Source: an uncultured Candidatus Saccharibacteria bacterium (GTDB taxonomy: Bacteria > Patescibacteriota > Minisyncoccia > Minisyncoccales > CAYUYO01). Taken from it: a DNA stretch of 56,431 nt. The stretch's first letter is position 1; each line of letters starts with the position of its first letter. Both the position numbers and the translations under genes were made by a program. Location: positions 1-56,431 of the forward strand of contig CAYUYO010000004.1 in the NCBI GenBank assembly GCA_964449385.1, in the 5' to 3' direction. Shown here in pieces: positions 52,617-56,431 of this stretch. The notes under the pieces are model-generated. The model made no database searches. It was given only the letters and a program-made list of their open reading frames with translations, and was not told the DNA's origin.

Positions 52617-53317
52617 AGATATTTTCTGCCATTTGCGTGGTTTTCGACTATTTGACCATCTTTAATTTGGATTATTTCTTCAGCATAATTAGCGATATTG
52701 GAATCGTGAGTAACTACTACCATTGTACCGCCTTTCTTAATATGGTATTCAGTTAAAATTTCCATTATTTTTCTTCCAGTAATAGAATCAAGGTTTCCGG
52801 TTGGCTCATCGGCAATAATTACTTCCGGATCATTAGCAAAAGCTCGAGCTAACGCCACCCTTTGTCTTTCTCCTCCCGAAAGCTCAGCCGGCTGATGTAG
52901 AACTCTTTCTTTAAGTCCAACCATCTCCAAAAGATCTGCTGCCTTTTTGTTTCTTTTTTCTAATGATGTTTTTTGAAAAATCATTGACAGGGTTACGTTT
53001 TGTAAAGCATTAAGATTAGGAAGCAGATTAAATTCTTGAAAAACAAATCCTAATACTTTCCCCCGAAATTGAGCAAGTTGACTTTCCGTCATTTTAGAAA
53101 TATCTTTTCCCTTTAAAAATACTTTTCCTTTTGTCGGAAAATCCAAACAACCCACCATATTTAACAAAGTAGATTTACCAGACCCGGAAGAACCCATAAT
53201 AGTTACAAAAGCACCTGGAGTAATCTCCAGGCTTATTCCCCTTAAAGCTGACAGCTCTACTTTTCCCAACTGATAAATCTTCCAAACATTTTCTAATTTG
53301 ATAACCGGCTCTGGCAT
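52604..53317 (-). CDS. ABC transporter ATP-binding protein (MacB/LolD-like)
   Basis: Walker [10 protein letters not shown], signature LSGGERQR, Walker [12 protein letters not shown]. Confidence 0.9.
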   Translation of the reverse strand: MPEPVIKLENVWKIYQLGKVELSALRGISLEITPGAFVTIMGSSGSGKSTLLNMVGCLDFPTKGKVFLKGKDISKMTESQLAQFRGKVLGFVFQEFNLLPNLNALQNVTLSMIFQKTSLEKRNKKAADLLEMVGLKERVLHQPAELSGGERQRVALARAFANDPEVIIADEPTGNLDSITGRKIMEILTEYHIKKGGTMVVVTHDSNIANYAEEIIQIKDGQIVENHANGRKYLWKK

Positions 53318-54951
53318 TATCGTAGAATTATTTTTTCTCCTTCTTCAAGTCCGGAAATAACTTCTATCATATCATTGCTTCCGAGAAGACCTGTTTCTAT
53401 TTCCCTGCTTTCAATAACTCCATCTTTAAAAATTTCAACTATTGTTTTCCCCTCTTTCTTTTGGACGGCATCTTCCAGAACAGTTAATACGTTTTCTCTG
53501 GAAGCAGTTTTAATAATAATGTCGGCTGTCATACCTGGATTTATTCCGTTTGGAATCTGTTCAAAAGCAACGGTTACTTCATAATAAACTATTCCTTCAA
53601 TAAGTTTTTCAGTAGGCTCAAGAGAAATTACTCTTCCTTTAAAAACTTGATCAGGAAAAGCAACTAAAGAAATATCAACTTGATTTCCAATATTTATTTT
53701 AATTATATCCTCTTCATAAATATCAACCTCTATTTCAAAAGGATCTGTTGGTAAAAGAATAATAACCGCATCTGGCAAGGCAGGCTGAACCATCTCCCCT
53801 ATTTTTTTGTTTATCTTTATTATTTGCCCTTCAATAGGACTTTTGAGAGTAGATTCTTGAATCTGATTTTCTAAAAGCTGAACTTGGGCTTGAGCTTGTT
53901 TTACTTGAGCTTGATATGAATTAACATCTTCCTGGCGAGGCGAAGCAACAAGCAAAGAAAGTTTGTCTTGGGCTGTTTTTAAAACACCTTGGGCAGTGGA
54001 AACCGAAGCCATACTAATATTTATATTTGTTTCGTTGGTCGCTTTGGCTGAAGCTATAGCTTGCTGAAAATTAGTGATATTTGTCAAAGCAGTATTGATA
54101 TAACTTTTTTGAGTATCTAAAGAAGTTTTATCAGTTGCAGAAACAGTATTATAATAAGATGATTGTTCGCAGATTTCTCTGATAAACCTTAAGCTGATTT
54201 GAATTTCCTTTAAAGCTTCTTTTGTACCAGAAACAGCAAGGTCAATATTATAATGTTGATTATTGTCGTCAACTGAACCTATATAAGATTTTATATCAGC
54301 TACAGCTTTTTCAATTTCATCTTTATTTTCTCTAACCATGATGCCTTCCTGGTATTCTTCAATTCTAATACCTCCTGCATAGTTTTCAGTAAAATAAGTT
54401 TTTTGAAGTAAAACGATCACCGTTGAAGCATTATCAGCTTCCAGATAAGAATCATCTAAGCTATTTACGACATCTTCATAGGCGGAATCTAGACTTTCTT
54501 CTGCTTTAGATTGAACATCTTTTAGGTTTTGCTGACTCGATTCTAAAGAAGTTTGCGCATTAGCTACGGTTGTTTCCGCAACTTGAATTTCTTCAGGACT
54601 TGCCCCAGTCAACAGTTTATCTAATCCTGCTTGAACCAAAGAAAGAGATGCTTTACTTTCTTGAAGTTGAATTTGAAGCTGAGTTGCTTCAAGTTTAATT
54701 AATTTTTCTCCCGATTTAACTTCATCGTTAACAGCAACATAGATTTTTTCAATTCTACCAGCATTTTTAAAATTAAGATTTGTTTCCTCTCCTTTTTTAA
54801 CCTGACCAGTTTCAGAAATTTCCTGAGTAATATTACCTATTTCTGTCTCAACTAAAGTAAATTTTGGCGTTTCTTTCTTTAAAAACCCTTGGTAGATGCC
54901 AATTATTAAAACGAGAACAATAATAATGGTTAAAATTATTTTCTTCTGCAT
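53317..54951 (-). CDS. HlyD-family periplasmic adaptor (MacA-like), long form
   Basis: N-terminal TM helix, lipoyl-like VKSGEKLIKLE, a long helical insert and C-terminal barrel motifs. Paralog of 91..1926. Confidence 0.8.
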   Translation of the reverse strand: MQKKIILTIIIVLVLIIGIYQGFLKKETPKFTLVETEIGNITQEISETGQVKKGEETNLNFKNAGRIEKIYVAVNDEVKSGEKLIKLEATQLQIQLQESKASLSLVQAGLDKLLTGASPEEIQVAETTVANAQTSLESSQQNLKDVQSKAEESLDSAYEDVVNSLDDSYLEADNASTVIVLLQKTYFTENYAGGIRIEEYQEGIMVRENKDEIEKAVADIKSYIGSVDDNNQHYNIDLAVSGTKEALKEIQISLRFIREICEQSSYYNTVSATDKTSLDTQKSYINTALTNITNFQQAIASAKATNETNINISMASVSTAQGVLKTAQDKLSLLVASPRQEDVNSYQAQVKQAQAQVQLLENQIQESTLKSPIEGQIIKINKKIGEMVQPALPDAVIILLPTDPFEIEVDIYEEDIIKINIGNQVDISLVAFPDQVFKGRVISLEPTEKLIEGIVYYEVTVAFEQIPNGINPGMTADIIIKTASRENVLTVLEDAVQKKEGKTIVEIFKDGVIESREIETGLLGSNDMIEVISGLEEGEKIILR

Positions 54952-55105
54952 TGTTCTTAAAATAACTTATTTTAATTATAAAGTCAATCTTTTAGTGGTG
55001 TGGATAACTTAGTTTATTTAATTTAAAAATTAGTTTAAAATTAAATAATATAAATAATATTTTAAAAAGGTCGAAAAAAAATAAAAAATATTTTATAAAA
55101 AAAAT

Positions 55106-55426
55106 ATGGCAGATTTAACTATTTTATTTGGAACGCCACAAATGAGCTGGATAATAATTTTAATTGGTATTGATGTTCTTTTAGGAATTATTGCTGCTTT
55201 AGTTAAGAAAGAATTTGTTTTCGGAAAGCTTTGTAATTTTATGAAAGGACCGGTTTTAAGTTATGTTTTAGGTTTCGCTGTAGTTGAATTAGTAGGAAGC
55301 TCATTGCCTTCTTTGTCCTTTGTTGTTCCAATAGTTTTTGTTTTAGTAGTTATTGCTCTCTTGGCTTCAGTTTTTGGTAATTTAGGAAAATTGGGATTAC
55401 CTTTACCAGGAACTCTGAAAAAATAA
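55106..55426 (+). CDS. small 3-TM membrane protein, holin-like (Phage_holin_4_1-like pattern)
   Basis: IIILIGIDVLLGIIAALVKKEFVFGKL resembles the DxxTGxxxA..K.. block of that holin family. Judged by eye only. Confidence 0.35.
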   Translation: MADLTILFGTPQMSWIIILIGIDVLLGIIAALVKKEFVFGKLCNFMKGPVLSYVLGFAVVELVGSSLPSLSFVVPIVFVLVVIALLASVFGNLGKLGLPLPGTLKK

Positions 55427-55445
55427 AAGAAAACTTGTATATTAC

Positions 55446-55473
55446 AAAATGCGCGTTTTTAGACGCGCATTTT
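55446..55473 (+). terminator. intrinsic terminator (bidirectional hairpin)
   Basis: AAAATGCGCGT pairs with ACGCGCATTTT, with T-rich sequence after it. Confidence 0.7.
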
Positions 55474-55646
55474 GTATTTTCAATACTTAAAATCTTTATG
55501 CGGTGTTTTTTGGACGAAGTTCGAACATTTTTACTGAAATACAAAAGCCCTCTTTCATAAAATAAATATGATTGAGGGCTTCGTCCAAGGGCCAAGAGAC
55601 CAAGCTCCAAACAGGAACCAAACCTCCAAGAATCCAAGGGCTTTTC

Positions 55647-56138
55647 TTACTTGCGGGGAAGACAGAAGACCCACTGAAAGACATCAGACCAGACACGGTT
55701 GGAAAAGCCCCAAGTACTGAAGAACCAGAGTTCCGAAACAAGGTACACCATGCCAAACACATTCGGGTTTCCATCGGAATTGGGAATCGGCTCCATTCCG
55801 ATTAAGACCCACTCGTCATTCGGCTGGTCCTGGTATTGCAGCCTCAGTTGAGGACCGACTTCCGCCGGACAAAGCTCCAAGCCGAGTTCTTTGGCGCGCT
55901 CGCATATCTGGTCGCGATTGGTATCATTCTCGAAGCCGAGTTTGGCAAGCGTAACTTTGACCAGATCAATTTCAGTTTCCTTGGTAGCTACTGTGAAAGC
56001 GGGTTGCCCAAGAATGTCGTTGGCCCAGTGGTTGAGATTAATTTCATTGTCCTTCAGGGCTTCCCGGAAATCACCAGGGGTCTTTGGGCCAGTGCCGAGG
56101 TGGATGGTTTTCCAGGTCTTAAATTCATTTGCTGTCAT
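55647..56138 (-). CDS. GC-rich hypothetical protein with a strong SD
   Basis: 163-aa ORF with AAGGAGG 8 nt upstream of the ATG. By eye about half G+C, against about one-third in the flanks. Confidence 0.6.
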   Translation of the reverse strand: MTANEFKTWKTIHLGTGPKTPGDFREALKDNEINLNHWANDILGQPAFTVATKETEIDLVKVTLAKLGFENDTNRDQICERAKELGLELCPAEVGPQLRLQYQDQPNDEWVLIGMEPIPNSDGNPNVFGMVYLVSELWFFSTWGFSNRVWSDVFQWVFCLPRK

Positions 56139-56172
56139 TAACGTTTCCTCCTTTTGCTAGTGGGCTACTTCT

Positions 56173-56224
56173 GTAGTCATAGCCAGTAGACACCGAAAAA
56201 TCAGTGGCTTTTGGCTATGACTAC
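56173..56224. repeat. 12-bp perfect inverted repeat GTAGTCATAGCC N28 GGCTATGACTAC
   Basis: Read directly. It lies 35-86 nt upstream of the 56138 start, on its leader/promoter side. Confidence 0.7.
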
Positions 56225-56431
56225 TAATTCGCAAGTAAATAATGAAAAGAGCTAATTTATTATGTTTAAAGAGTAATACACTAATTAATTTCTGTCAATA
56301 TTTCCGTGATACATTCTACTCTGAAGTGCAACATAAAAAAATCACCTTCTTGGGTGATTTTTTTAATACAATCAGATCGCAACTTGCTCTCAGTTATTCG
56401 GGTTGCACCGATAAAAAATTGTCTTGGCGGG

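Overview
AT-rich (about one-third G+C by eye), densely packed, mostly minus-strand bacterial window. Gene content and style suggest a Patescibacteria/CPR-like genome, but that assignment is inference only: streamlined housekeeping genes, a membrane-anchored Clp-like ATPase, and many SD-less or leaderless starts. Core genes are two MacA/MacB-like efflux loci (one at each window end), an ECF sigma/anti-sigma operon, an RluA-family synthase, two mltG paralogs, a tspO fusion, dnaX, cysK-cysS, dnaB-recR, rplU, rmuC, a Ca2+ exchanger plus P-type ATPase, the dcw head (mraZ-rsmH-ftsL-ftsI), rplJ-rplL, pcm and def. There are three tRNAs: Gln-UUG, Glu-CUC and Val-CAC. I saw no rRNA, CRISPR array or transposase. 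Five accessory or unusual features stand out. (1) A roughly 10.5 kb integrated element (about 8.4-19.0 kb) ends in a large serine recombinase whose last 19 codons run antisense through tRNA-Gln. It carries a complete, apparently cleavable LexA fused in frame to a beta-class DNA methyltransferase with a convergent PD-(D/E)xK nuclease. It also carries a divergent 4-gene overlapping operon (unknown Cys/His protein, Abi-alpha-like protein, DUF3380 muramidase, 97-aa protein), a HEPN-motif protein, and replication/HTH genes. (2) A direct duplication of the rplL 3' end plus its terminator brackets a 2-gene SpoIIAB/RsbW-like GHKL kinase plus STAS-like (DUF4325-like) cassette. A hicAB module is inserted exactly inside the displaced rplL fragment. 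(3) An unannotated 29-codon leader ORF with 6 Cys codons and trp-style alternative hairpins lies upstream of cysK-cysS. (4) A distinct class of GC-richer small ORFs has strong GGAGG Shine-Dalgarno sites, often non-ATG starts, and its own promoters and terminators. Two of these sit beside tRNAs. They contrast with host genes, which are mostly SD-less and often show an extended -10 element 6-7 nt from the ATG. (5) An ATP-cone/Mrr-like nuclease is translationally coupled to a membrane-anchored SNase. All functional calls come from motif recognition by eye. No database search was possible.
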